From positions 1 to 64,000 of the IMG/VR virus record IMGVR_UViG_3300032560_000010: a stretch of DNA of 64,000 nt; one strand, 5' to 3'. Origin of the DNA: an uncultured virus (IMG/VR IMGVR_UViG_3300032560_000010) (Duplodnaviria; Heunggongvirae; Uroviricota; Caudoviricetes). Positions 44,674-54,559 of the stretch are shown here, piece after piece. A program made the translations under genes and the position numbers. Below the pieces are notes generated by a model, which made no database searches, was not told the DNA's origin, and was given only the letters and a program-made list of their open reading frames with translations. Each line of letters starts with the position of its first letter. The first letter of the stretch is position 1.

Positions 44674-45608
44674 TTAAACGTACAAGTCCCCATTATTTCC
44701 AAAATTGCAGCTGCTAGATTAATTTCGGGATTAGCAACAAAAGCATTTTGATATTGATACTTAGCTAAAATCAAAATTAGATCAGGAATGCTATGACCTT
44801 CTACCAAATCATAAGCCCCATCATATATTTTTTTAAACATATGATCCATATCAATGTCAGAATGTTCACCTATCCACTTTCTGGCTGTACCAAAATCTTT
44901 TACTTTTAATGCTTTTATTAGATCATTAAAATGAGTATCAGAGAAGTTAACAAGGATATCCTCAGTAATTTTACCATAAGTAGCCGCCCACTTTTGTAAT
45001 TCGTTAAGTGTTCGTCTCCAATCAGGACAATTTTTAGCAATGACTGTAGCTAAAACCTTACGATCATACTCGACATTTTCTTTATCAAGAATTACCATGG
45101 ATCGCTTTAAAAACTGAGAAGCTAGGTTTGGTAGTTCTTTCTTTTTAAAATTAAAATCTATTACAGAACATCTACTGTCTACAATGGCATCAATAATTTT
45201 ATTTTTATGATTACATGTCAATATAAAGCCGCAATTGGCAGAACATTCCTCTATAAAGCCTCTCAGAGCATTTTGAATGGCTGGGGTAAGTCCATCTGCC
45301 TCATCCAATATAACATACTTCCTACCACCTTTAAAACTGACTGTAGAAGCAAACCCTTGGATCAATGTACGAAGATTATCAATGTTACCATCCTTTGATC
45401 CATTGATAAGAATATAATCCGCATCCATCTCGTTAAGCATAGCTTTAGCTATGGTGGTTTTACCACATCCGGGAGGGCCAGCTAAAAGCAAAGTTATCAC
45501 TTCACCTTGTTTAACAAATTCTTTGAACATATTTTTTAGTGAGTCAGGAAGAATACAATCTTCCACTGTAGATGGGCGATATTTTTCTACCCAAATAAAT
45601 TCAGTCAT
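44670..45608 (-). CDS. 44: clamp loader ATPase (gp44)
   Basis: WVEKYRP, GCGKTT, DEAD, SRC. Confidence 0.95.
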   Translation of the reverse strand: MTEFIWVEKYRPSTVEDCILPDSLKNMFKEFVKQGEVITLLLAGPPGCGKTTIAKAMLNEMDADYILINGSKDGNIDNLRTLIQGFASTVSFKGGRKYVILDEADGLTPAIQNALRGFIEECSANCGFILTCNHKNKIIDAIVDSRCSVIDFNFKKKELPNLASQFLKRSMVILDKENVEYDRKVLATVIAKNCPDWRRTLNELQKWAATYGKITEDILVNFSDTHFNDLIKALKVKDFGTARKWIGEHSDIDMDHMFKKIYDGAYDLVEGHSIPDLILILAKYQYQNAFVANPEINLAAAILEIMGTCTFK

Positions 45609-45623
45609 AATAAAACTTTCAAA

Positions 45624-46310
45624 TTAAGATTTAATTGATTCTGTCGCAATCCAATTGGTTTGATTAGCACTAGTAAATTTTGCCAGCACTCTATTACCTT
45701 TGCCATCTGTTCTACCAAGAATCGACACTCTGTAGTCATCAGGTGTCAAAAGAACAAGATAATTCTTGTCTATTACACTCAAAAATGTTTTATCAGTTTT
45801 ACCAATATGGATATTAAAATTATTTGATCCCGGATCTTTGACACCAGTAGATCTAACAAAAACATCTCCAAATTCCCCAGCAAATACGACATTTGGTAAG
45901 GATAGAACATGAGCGGCTTTGATAATAGTAGAAATATCTTCTTGGGTTAGATCAAATTCGACTATGACATCATCATAAGAATCTAAAATAGTAAATTGTT
46001 CCTCTGAAGGAAAAACTATCATACTTTCACTGGCAAATCGATAAACAACATTTTTGTTACCATCGATAATATGCATTGCATCATCCATAATTTCAATGTC
46101 TGGGTCATTAAATAATGACAAAACACCTAAAAATCCATGGAGATTGTAGATACAGAACCCCTTTTCGAATTCTGTATCTACTTTTGATTTAGAAACCACA
46201 GTTTTAGCCGCTGTCATACTAGAGATTATATTACCCGGCTCAACTTTAAGTCCTTGGTTCATCCTCGAATAATTCTTCAGCACTGCAATTGTATTTTCAC
46301 CTAATTTCAT
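45624..46310 (-). CDS. 45: sliding clamp (gp45)
   Basis: MKL...T..VLKNY; synteny. Confidence 0.9.
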   Translation of the reverse strand: MKLGENTIAVLKNYSRMNQGLKVEPGNIISSMTAAKTVVSKSKVDTEFEKGFCIYNLHGFLGVLSLFNDPDIEIMDDAMHIIDGNKNVVYRFASESMIVFPSEEQFTILDSYDDVIVEFDLTQEDISTIIKAAHVLSLPNVVFAGEFGDVFVRSTGVKDPGSNNFNIHIGKTDKTFLSVIDKNYLVLLTPDDYRVSILGRTDGKGNRVLAKFTSANQTNWIATESIKS

Positions 46311-46365
46311 ATTAACACTCCAAAATCATAATTTCAATATATTGTATAGAATTAAACGGCTATTG

Positions 46366-47328
46366 TCAAGCCTTCTTTCCTAGTTTAGACGGATCTGCTG
46401 TAGCAGAAACTCCAATTGAAGCAATGTCAGCAAGAGAACCACCAAAAGTATAACTTCCTGTATGGGTAAGTTTAATCCATGGGCACAGCCAAACTTTCAA
46501 TCCAGCTCTACGTGCCCATTGACAAAACATGTAATCTTCTGATAGATACCGATTAGAATATTCAAATCCAAAAGCAGATTTCTTTGTATCATCTATAAAA
46601 GATACAACCTCTTCAGGCGTGGCAGAAGGATTATCTTCGAAAAACTTACGAATTTCCCGAGTGATATTTGAATGCTTGTTATCTATAACAGCATCAAATG
46701 CCATAGAAATTTCTCTTGTCCCATCGAATGCTGCTGTTCTAACATGGTCAGGCTTATAATTAAGCTCTGGATATGCTGTGACATATTTTTCCAATGATGA
46801 ACGACGAATCATCATAAACCCTGTACCAGATTCCAAAACTTCTTCTGGTTGGTCTAATCTGATCTGACTTTTACCGCCAGCTGGATTGAAGACATAATCT
46901 CCGACAAATTTTTCTAGCACATTTGGATCTTGGTCTGCAACTCCTAAATCACATGCAGCTTTAATTTTTTCCCAACTAATGCATTTCTTCGGATATGGGG
47001 CGCATAAAACATCATATTCACTCTCATCACTCATTAATGCAAGCATACCAATGACATCGTTAGCGTCAAATCCAATATCAGAATCGATAAACATCATATG
47101 AGTACAATCTGAGCGTAGAAACTCATCTGCACAATATGCTCTGGCTCTAGTGATCAAGGATTCATTAAACAAATAATAATACCTAATATTCACTCCATAA
47201 TGTGCCGCTAATGCAACCAAATCATTAGAAGATTTGGTATAAGATCCATGGGCCATACCACCATACATGGGGACAGCAATTAGGAGAGAACGTTTTCTTA
47301 AATCATTAATATCGATGGATATTTCCAT
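46366..47328 (-). CDS. glycosyltransferase-like (GT-A) protein
   Basis: PMYGG, NESLITRAR, FIDSD, GTGFM, LSEDY. Confidence 0.7.
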   Translation of the reverse strand: MEISIDINDLRKRSLLIAVPMYGGMAHGSYTKSSNDLVALAAHYGVNIRYYYLFNESLITRARAYCADEFLRSDCTHMMFIDSDIGFDANDVIGMLALMSDESEYDVLCAPYPKKCISWEKIKAACDLGVADQDPNVLEKFVGDYVFNPAGGKSQIRLDQPEEVLESGTGFMMIRRSSLEKYVTAYPELNYKPDHVRTAAFDGTREISMAFDAVIDNKHSNITREIRKFFEDNPSATPEEVVSFIDDTKKSAFGFEYSNRYLSEDYMFCQWARRAGLKVWLCPWIKLTHTGSYTFGGSLADIASIGVSATADPSKLGKKA

Positions 47329-47331
47329 AAA

Positions 47332-47739
47332 TTATTTTTCCTTATTATATTCTAAATCGTGTACATGTAATTGAATTATTGCATAATGAATAACTTTCAT
47401 CATGTCTTTTCTCCATTCGGCAGGAGTACCTTTATGCCCATATCTTTGGGCATATTTTAAAATATTACCGACACAAAATCCAGTTCCGTGACCTCCATCG
47501 ATAATAAATTCTGTAGCTTGATAATTATTATGGGAATAATGCTCGCCATATGTTCCATCAATATAATCAGATATCTCTTTTAGAGTTTGACCTTCATTAT
47601 ATTTATATGGAATAGTGGGTATTTTCTCTTCCACATTTTCTGGTAGCTGAACCATAAATCCGCCAGTTCTAATAGTATGTATAATATCAAATTGATTTGG
47701 ATCTATATGATTGAATTGTGGATTAATTTCTTTTTTCAT
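47332..47739 (-). CDS. DUF3310-like protein
   Basis: YKYNE, HY, GNILKYA.RYG.K. Confidence 0.65.
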   Translation of the reverse strand: MKKEINPQFNHIDPNQFDIIHTIRTGGFMVQLPENVEEKIPTIPYKYNEGQTLKEISDYIDGTYGEHYSHNNYQATEFIIDGGHGTGFCVGNILKYAQRYGHKGTPAEWRKDMMKVIHYAIIQLHVHDLEYNKEK

Positions 47740-48217
47740 TTTTCACCTTTTTCATTTTCTTCAATGCAATATCACGTTTCAACTTAGAGAGATGATCATA
47801 CATGGTTTTCCCATTTAAATGATCGAATTCATGTTGGAATGCCCTAGCTGTTATACCCTCAAATCTAAAACTATTAGCTTGACCATTAATGGAGTTGTAT
47901 CTTACCTTGATCCAGATAGGTCTTTTTATACTAACTAATTGATTGGGAAAACTTAAGCATCCTTCTTCTAAATCCACTAACTCTTCTGCCGACTCTAAAA
48001 TTTTTGGATTTATGACAACTACTGGTTCTTCGCCTCGTAAAACAAAAACTTGTAATGGTATGCCTATTTGAGGTGCAGCGATACCAATTCCATAATTATC
48101 ATTCATCACTGTGATTAATTGGTTGACTAACTCTATGATATTACATTGTGGATTCATAAAATTGAATTTTTCACAAGGGGTTTTTAAAATCCTATCGTCG
48201 CTACTTACTAATTTCAT
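47723..48217 (-). CDS. def: peptide deformylase
   Basis: GIGIAAPQ, EGCLS, QHEFDH. Confidence 0.95.
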   Translation of the reverse strand: MKLVSSDDRILKTPCEKFNFMNPQCNIIELVNQLITVMNDNYGIGIAAPQIGIPLQVFVLRGEEPVVVINPKILESAEELVDLEEGCLSFPNQLVSIKRPIWIKVRYNSINGQANSFRFEGITARAFQHEFDHLNGKTMYDHLSKLKRDIALKKMKKVKNEKRN

Positions 48218-49931
48218 AATCTGTTATCCTACTAAAATCATGCACTTTTTCAAATTTTATCACATTATCGAATCCTTCTAGCATCGATTCTCTATGCGAT
48301 ATAACAAAAATATTTGTATTTTTAAATGATTTAGAAATAATCCCGGCCAACTGATCTACTCCATCAGTATCAAGAGCGCCGTCCATTATTTCATCCATAA
48401 CTAAAAGATTTGTATTGACACTATTTCTAAGTTTAGATATATCTCTCCATGTAAATAATAGAGCAAGATCTAATCTTTTTTTCTCTCCTTCTGAGAAGGA
48501 TCCATAAGAAAATTCATCTCTAAATCTAGATTTAATGGTTTCTTTAAACGTTTCGTCTAACTCAAATCCAACAGGCAAATCTAAAATAGCCAAATATTTT
48601 CTTATCAGTTTGTTAATAATAGGAATATATTTTTTTATAATTTTGGACTTTATCCCACCATCCTTCAACAAAGTGGCAGCTATATCTAATACCTCTCTAT
48701 CGAGAAGTAATTGACCTCTTTCGTTATCTTTAAATTGTTTTTGAGATTTCAAATTATTTAATTTGACTATTTCTTCAGAAACGTCAGATTGGGCATCTGA
48801 CTCTGCTCTGGATATATCGTTATTTATCTCTTGTATATATGCAGATACGGATGACATATAAGCTTGAATTCTAGATTTGGCAGAAGATAATTCATCTACT
48901 ATACGCTTATTATCTATATTTTTTTGCAATTCTATATCCATATCAGATATTTGTTGAGATAATTTATCAATAGCTGCTAAGATATCTTGCTTCTTTAGAG
49001 ATTTATTGCCTACAATGTCAGATTTAAATTCTAAATCTATATCTTGCTTACAAGTCGGGCAGGAATCATTTGTCTCATAAAATGAGATATCTTGATTGTT
49101 TTTATTATATTGATTTCTTAATTGGCTTAATAACAGAGACATTTTATCTCTACGTGAGGATAATCCTTTAACGTCTTGTATATTACTATATGCCTCTGAA
49201 TAAGAAATATTCAAGCAATCCAATTCGGCTTGATAATTAATCAACTGTTCATTTGCGCTTATTAATTTTTTTTGTAATGCTAGTATTCGATCCTTCGAAC
49301 CATAAGATAATTTCTCTATCATTAACTCTTTACCAATAATAGTCTCTTCTAGAATTCTAAGTTCTGAAGTATAGTCTTTTATATTTTCTTTATTAGAATC
49401 TACTTTCTTTTTTAAGATGGCATTCATAATAGAAAATATTTGTAAATCTAGAAAATCTTCTACAACTATTCGACGTTCTGGCCCTTTTAATTTCATAAAT
49501 GGAGTATAATCGACAGAACCCAGAACAACTATTTGTCTAAAACTTTTTGTATTCATTTTAATAATAGATGTTTCTAAATATTTTTGATAATCACGACCAT
49601 CCGCTTCTTGATTTATCATCTTGTCATCTTTCCATATTTCAAATATGGTAGGCTTCATTCCCCGTCTAATCATATAAGAACTGGATCCTATAGAAAATTC
49701 AATTTCTACTAGTAATCCTTTTTTATTAATAGAATTAACTAATTGTGGTTTATTAATATCACGAAATTCAACTCCAAATAAGGCAAACGACAACGCATCC
49801 AGAAATGTAGATTTGCCAGATCCGTTTTTGCCAATAATTAACGTTGAATTATGCTCAACAAGATTGAGTTCTGTGAAAGAATTACCGGAACTCAAAAAAT
49901 TCTTATATCTTATTTTTTCGAATATTATCAT
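48201..49931 (-). CDS. 46: Rad50-like recombination ATPase (gp46)
   Basis: GSGKST, CPTC hook, FSEGE, MDE. Confidence 0.95.
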   Translation of the reverse strand: MIIFEKIRYKNFLSSGNSFTELNLVEHNSTLIIGKNGSGKSTFLDALSFALFGVEFRDINKPQLVNSINKKGLLVEIEFSIGSSSYMIRRGMKPTIFEIWKDDKMINQEADGRDYQKYLETSIIKMNTKSFRQIVVLGSVDYTPFMKLKGPERRIVVEDFLDLQIFSIMNAILKKKVDSNKENIKDYTSELRILEETIIGKELMIEKLSYGSKDRILALQKKLISANEQLINYQAELDCLNISYSEAYSNIQDVKGLSSRRDKMSLLLSQLRNQYNKNNQDISFYETNDSCPTCKQDIDLEFKSDIVGNKSLKKQDILAAIDKLSQQISDMDIELQKNIDNKRIVDELSSAKSRIQAYMSSVSAYIQEINNDISRAESDAQSDVSEEIVKLNNLKSQKQFKDNERGQLLLDREVLDIAATLLKDGGIKSKIIKKYIPIINKLIRKYLAILDLPVGFELDETFKETIKSRFRDEFSYGSFSEGEKKRLDLALLFTWRDISKLRNSVNTNLLVMDEIMDGALDTDGVDQLAGIISKSFKNTNIFVISHRESMLEGFDNVIKFEKVHDFSRITDYEISK

Positions 49932-49933
49932 TG

Positions 49934-50998
49934 CTACCCATTATATGATGCTTCTAGATACATATCTGTAAATAGGGAATGTAGATTATTTCTTTTTTCA
50001 CCATCTATATTAGATGAGTCTATTGATCGATGTAGTATTTCTATGGTATCATCTGGGGTTGCGTCCAATATTTCACCGTCTACTACTTCTAAATCTAAAG
50101 AAAACTCTACATTTTCTACTTTTAAATCTAGCGGATTTACTTTTTTAATACTAGTTTCAAATTTGTCAAACCAATGTGCATTCAATTTATTGACCACGAT
50201 CAATTTCACATACGTTCCTGAATATTGAGAAAAGTCATGCTCAGGATAAGAAGTCCATTCAGAATCATCATAATAAATTTTATGGAACATCCTATACGGG
50301 TTTTCTATAAATGTCAATGATATATTTTCTGTATCATAAACATGAAAACCTTTTGGATCTTTATAATCTGCCCATGTCATCTCATATGGACAACCGAGAT
50401 AATGTATTTTGTTATTGCTGGATCTATGATGAAAGTGACCAGAACATACTAAATTGAATTTTGAAAATACATCTGAAGTCATACCTCCAATATGAGGTTG
50501 TCCCTTATACATTTCAAATCCTGCCAGCTCTAAATGTCCAAATACAGTGGACGATAGAGAAGATTTTATCGCTGTGGTTGTAGCTGAAGCAGTCTCTTGA
50601 CATATCCAAGGCACAAAAAGGACTGTGTGACCGTCAAATGAGACTTCGGTAGGAGTTGGGTACACTTTAACGCTTTTATAGTCCCCTAGAAGCAAATCTG
50701 GGGAATTTATAGATGTAAGATTTTTGAATGGCGTACAATGATTACCAACAATAATATGTAGGGTAATTCCCCTCTTTTCGATTTCATCAAACCAATATGA
50801 ACGACAACGATCTAGAGAATCATAATCTATAAACTTACGCTTATCGAAGGTATCCCCTAGATCTATAATGTCTGTTATATTATGTAAATCGATGTATGGA
50901 AAAAATACATCATCATAAAATTTTTTAAAATAATCATGTAGTCCTATATTTCCATTCTTTGCACCGAAATGTTGGTCAGTAATACAGGCTATTTTCAT
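49934..50998 (-). CDS. 47: Mre11-like nuclease (gp47)
   Basis: TDQHFG, GD.FD, GNH, SGHFH. Confidence 0.95.
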   Translation of the reverse strand: MKIACITDQHFGAKNGNIGLHDYFKKFYDDVFFPYIDLHNITDIIDLGDTFDKRKFIDYDSLDRCRSYWFDEIEKRGITLHIIVGNHCTPFKNLTSINSPDLLLGDYKSVKVYPTPTEVSFDGHTVLFVPWICQETASATTTAIKSSLSSTVFGHLELAGFEMYKGQPHIGGMTSDVFSKFNLVCSGHFHHRSSNNKIHYLGCPYEMTWADYKDPKGFHVYDTENISLTFIENPYRMFHKIYYDDSEWTSYPEHDFSQYSGTYVKLIVVNKLNAHWFDKFETSIKKVNPLDLKVENVEFSLDLEVVDGEILDATPDDTIEILHRSIDSSNIDGEKRNNLHSLFTDMYLEASYNG

Positions 50999-51003
50999 TG
51001 AGG

Positions 51004-51165
51004 TTAAAACTTCTTTCCATGATATTTTTTCAAAACATCTTCACAATATAATTTTATATTTTCTAATGTAGATGCATAATTGAATCTTACATCAGAACGC
51101 TGGCTCTTGTCAAGCGCATTTTCTCCGATTTGTTGCACGATAACCGGAATATTCCCTTTATTCAT
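51004..51165 (-). CDS. small hypothetical protein
   Basis: Likely start MNKGNIP. Confidence 0.6.
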   Translation of the reverse strand: MNKGNIPVIVQQIGENALDKSQRSDVRFNYASTLENIKLYCEDVLKKYHGKKF

Positions 51166-51724
51166 TTTCAGTTCCTTCATCAAATATAGACTCTTTGGCC
51201 TTTTTCTTAAACTTATCTCTCTTTTCCTGTGCAGCTTCTTCGTATTCTGATATAAAACGTTGCATGTTTTCATGTATTTCAGGTGAAATAGCATAATCAC
51301 CACCATCTGTTGTAGTAAAATTAGAACTACCTAATATCATATTTTCCATACTCTTCCATTTAATATATTGCTCTTTTCTTTCGTTATTAATACGATGAAA
51401 GAAAGAATTCTTTACGGTTTGTGTAAAATACGAAAACGGATTATTCGATTTATCTGGATTAAAACTTTTGATATATCGAATACAATTTTCTATGCCATCG
51501 TCTACCATTTCTTCTTTATACGAATAGCCAACAAATCGATATTTACTAGCTAATTTATTGGCAATCTTCATGAAGCATTCTCCAATATAATTGGGAACCT
51601 GAGGATATTCGTCCTCACACTCTTCTGCCTCTCTACAGGCGTAAATATATTTTCTCATTTCCTCATAAAACTTTTTGTTATCAATATAATATATGGATTT
51701 TTTCTTAGGTGTTACGGTACTCAA
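51158..51724 (-). CDS. 55: late sigma factor (gp55), likely TTG start
   Basis: YIDNKKF, YIGECF.KIA, NPFSYFTQ. Confidence 0.95.
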   Translation of the reverse strand: MSTVTPKKKSIYYIDNKKFYEEMRKYIYACREAEECEDEYPQVPNYIGECFMKIANKLASKYRFVGYSYKEEMVDDGIENCIRYIKSFNPDKSNNPFSYFTQTVKNSFFHRINNERKEQYIKWKSMENMILGSSNFTTTDGGDYAISPEIHENMQRFISEYEEAAQEKRDKFKKKAKESIFDEGTENE

Positions 51725-51736
51725 TTCATTTTCCTC

Positions 51737-51765
51737 TTGACAGGCTCTAAACATGTGGTTATAAT
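51737..51765 (+). promoter_or_regulatory. perfect sigma70 promoter pointing antisense into uvsW
   Basis: TTGACA-17 bp-TATAAT. Confidence 0.65.
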
Positions 51766-51804
51766 CTTAGTGTGCTAAGCAAAAATTTATAAACTTTCTA
51801 AACC

Positions 51805-53295
51805 TTATATGGATAGTTTATAAATCTTAAAAGGGAATTTCTCTTTGGAATAAATTATACACCTCTTTATGAAGTGGGTCAATGTAAAATTCCTTGATGT
51901 TCCTTTGCTCAGATCGTCTACAATATCGTAGAGATAGGCTACTTTTTTAGTTTCGTGTAATCGAAGCATTCTACCTATCGACTGAAGAACCTTTATCTTG
52001 CTTTTAGAAGGTGAGGCAGCAATCATGTGGTGCATCTTATTTATACTGATGCCTGTGGAGGTCGTTCCAAGGCTGGCAACAATGATGGCATTTTCATATT
52101 CTTCTATGGCAGTTCTGATCTCTTCTCTAATTTTAACAGGAATGGTTCCATCTATGTAAAAAACTGGATGATTTGTTTTTAATTTTAACTCATCATAAAT
52201 TTCTTTACCTTGATCTCTATTTTTAAAAAATATTAATTTATTACCTTTTAATGAAAGAGCTAGATTTACAATGAATTTAGTTCTTTTTTTATACATCGTT
52301 AGGAAATCTATTTCTTCTGGATATGTTTTACCGACCATTGCTGATTTCTTAGCATCATATTTCATTTTATGAAAATCAGATATTACAGAGTCTGGATATC
52401 GTAATACTATACATTTTACCTTAAATTCTGTAGCATATCCATTATCAATCAGCTCTCTGGTGGTAGTAGATTGGAATGGTGCCCCAAATATCCCTTCTAT
52501 AGTTGCTTTATTGATTTCTATGTCATCTAGTGTACCAGTGGTTCCGAACCTATATTTTACTTTATTCATTTTAGAAAAAATGGATATTAATGTTGGGGCT
52601 TTTGCTCCATGAGCTTCATCTCCAATAGCTACGTCAAATTGGGTATACCATTCATCAGGTATCGTAGATTTTCCGTTTTCTAAACTTTGCCAAGTTGTTA
52701 AAGTAACTTTTTCCTTTACCAATGATTTATTTAATCCATCAGTTGACAAATGGATCGGATCTGTGTATCCATAAGATATGAAATCAGAAGCCATTTGTTT
52801 GATTAAGCCTAAAGATGGAACTATGATAATAGTTTTCATGTTATACCATCTCATTATTACGTATATAATAAGAGATTTTCCAGAGGATGTAGGAGATAAT
52901 AAAGTTCTTCTATTTGATCTGATGCACTTTAAAATACTATTTACCTGATAATCTCTTATTTCAAGCCATTCTGGAAGATTTAAACTATGAATAAATTGAC
53001 GTATTTCATGCTCAGACACATTACTATGATAAAATTCTTTATCGAATGTGAGATGATAGCCACATTGATCACAATATTTTTTAACTCTTTGTGCCAGACC
53101 TTTATACAGTAGGCGAGTTCTTTGGTCTAGAAGACGAATTTTTCCATCCCATTTATTATTCTTAAATCTCTTATCCCATTTGTAGTTATCAGCCATAAAT
53201 GTAAACTCTTCTCCTAATTCATTTAGGACAGATTGTTCGCATTCAACTTTACAATGGGTTTCGTTATATTGTTTGAGATGTACCTTGGTTACCAA
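51805..53295 (-). CDS. uvsW: UvsW helicase
   Basis: SPTSSGKS, DEAH, QSIGR. Confidence 0.95.
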   Translation of the reverse strand: MVTKVHLKQYNETHCKVECEQSVLNELGEEFTFMADNYKWDKRFKNNKWDGKIRLLDQRTRLLYKGLAQRVKKYCDQCGYHLTFDKEFYHSNVSEHEIRQFIHSLNLPEWLEIRDYQVNSILKCIRSNRRTLLSPTSSGKSLIIYVIMRWYNMKTIIIVPSLGLIKQMASDFISYGYTDPIHLSTDGLNKSLVKEKVTLTTWQSLENGKSTIPDEWYTQFDVAIGDEAHGAKAPTLISIFSKMNKVKYRFGTTGTLDDIEINKATIEGIFGAPFQSTTTRELIDNGYATEFKVKCIVLRYPDSVISDFHKMKYDAKKSAMVGKTYPEEIDFLTMYKKRTKFIVNLALSLKGNKLIFFKNRDQGKEIYDELKLKTNHPVFYIDGTIPVKIREEIRTAIEEYENAIIVASLGTTSTGISINKMHHMIAASPSKSKIKVLQSIGRMLRLHETKKVAYLYDIVDDLSKGTSRNFTLTHFIKRCIIYSKEKFPFKIYKLSI

Positions 53296-53735
53296 CTTAA
53301 TCCTGCCATTAATTTCTGATAGTCTATACTATTCTTAATTGTATTATTTCTGTATGCCAATGATTTTAAAATTTGATCTAGAACATTAACTTTTTCTGTT
53401 TGTAGGGCTTTTCTTTTCATAATTTTTTGAATTTCCTCGTCACACATGACATAATTTTTAAGATCTTCTTTTAAAAGAGTCATCTGAAAAGGTAATAAAT
53501 TCTTACTTTTTAAGAATTCAGAATCTGTATTTTTACGGCCAGCAAAGTAGTCATACTTATCTTTAAAAATTAATCTAAATTCTTCTTCTAATAATGATAG
53601 TGATACTTTTTCAATAGCATAATATCTTAAATATTTACTATGTAATTTTGGGGTAGATAAAGATTCCTTAGATAAATTCGTTTCATCTATAACTGTATCT
53701 ATGTCCCATTCACTTAAAATATCATCTAATTTCAT
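53289..53735 (-). CDS. uvsY: recombination mediator UvsY
   Basis: P.LHSKYL, IKNSID; synteny. Confidence 0.85.
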   Translation of the reverse strand: MKLDDILSEWDIDTVIDETNLSKESLSTPKLHSKYLRYYAIEKVSLSLLEEEFRLIFKDKYDYFAGRKNTDSEFLKSKNLLPFQMTLLKEDLKNYVMCDEEIQKIMKRKALQTEKVNVLDQILKSLAYRNNTIKNSIDYQKLMAGLSW

Positions 53736-53736
53736 T

Positions 53737-54258
53737 TTAACCCCTTAATTGTGCATATGTATATTGTCTAAATGACATTGTTAAACTCGCTGTTATTACG
53801 GATTGATTATCTGCCGTAGTCTGAAGCTCGAATCCAGACAAATGAACTGGCAACATATCTTCAAAAGTTATTTGAATATTTGGAACCAGTTCATTTGTCA
53901 TCAACGTTAATGTAGCAAAACTTTGTACTCCATCTACAGATCCAGCTGACGCATTATATGCAGGAATTGATTGTTCTGAGCTATATGGTCGCCCTAATTG
54001 AACCATCCAATCATATATTTCAAAATAACCACTTAAATTTTCATCAAGTATAAATGAAATTTCCAATTCATCGTATTCGATATGATCAGCTGCCAAATTT
54101 AAAGGTCTAAATGGTGTTGGTGCTAATAGCTTTGGTAATGTTACTCCGGGAAATCTAATTTTTTGTATAAAATAATTAAAATTAGGTGCCCTAGGTATTT
54201 GAATTTTTCCAGCTACTGGTTGAAGAAAATTGACTGTATTTGGAGTTGTAATTGCCAT
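53737..54258 (-). CDS. 3: tail completion/sheath stabilizer (gp3)
   Basis: NFL.P, LDENL..Y.EIYDW. Confidence 0.85.
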   Translation of the reverse strand: MAITTPNTVNFLQPVAGKIQIPRAPNFNYFIQKIRFPGVTLPKLLAPTPFRPLNLAADHIEYDELEISFILDENLSGYFEIYDWMVQLGRPYSSEQSIPAYNASAGSVDGVQSFATLTLMTNELVPNIQITFEDMLPVHLSGFELQTTADNQSVITASLTMSFRQYTYAQLRG

Positions 54259-54368
54259 TTCTATAATCCTTGTTTATTATACCATATTTATCTAATTTGT
54301 CAATGTAATTTTTTAGTTGACAAGAGAATATATTGGATATATAAAGTCTTCATTAGAGGAGACTAACT

Positions 54369-54509
54369 ATGGAAGCTCAAATTTTCGCACTGTTTATGAA
54401 GATCTATGACGAATGCATTACTCAGGGTATGCCACATGATGAAGCTGTAATTGTAGCAGATAATGATGTTAATTATCTGATCGGAAAACTTAAATCATCT
54501 CGGAAATAA
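54369..54509 (+). CDS. small early protein (46 aa) inserted in reverse between gp23 and gp3
   Basis: TTGACA at 54317-54322; AGAGGAG RBS; MEAQIFALFMKIYDECITQG... Confidence 0.65.
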   Translation: MEAQIFALFMKIYDECITQGMPHDEAVIVADNDVNYLIGKLKSSRK

Positions 54510-54533
54510 AAAAGGGGAGCCGAAGCTCCCCTT
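54508..54533. terminator. terminator after gp23
   Basis: aaggggagc-cgaa-gctcccctt (UUCG loop and U-tract on the minus strand). Confidence 0.9.
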
Positions 54534-54559
54534 AATGTTTGTAACAATATTCTTTAATA

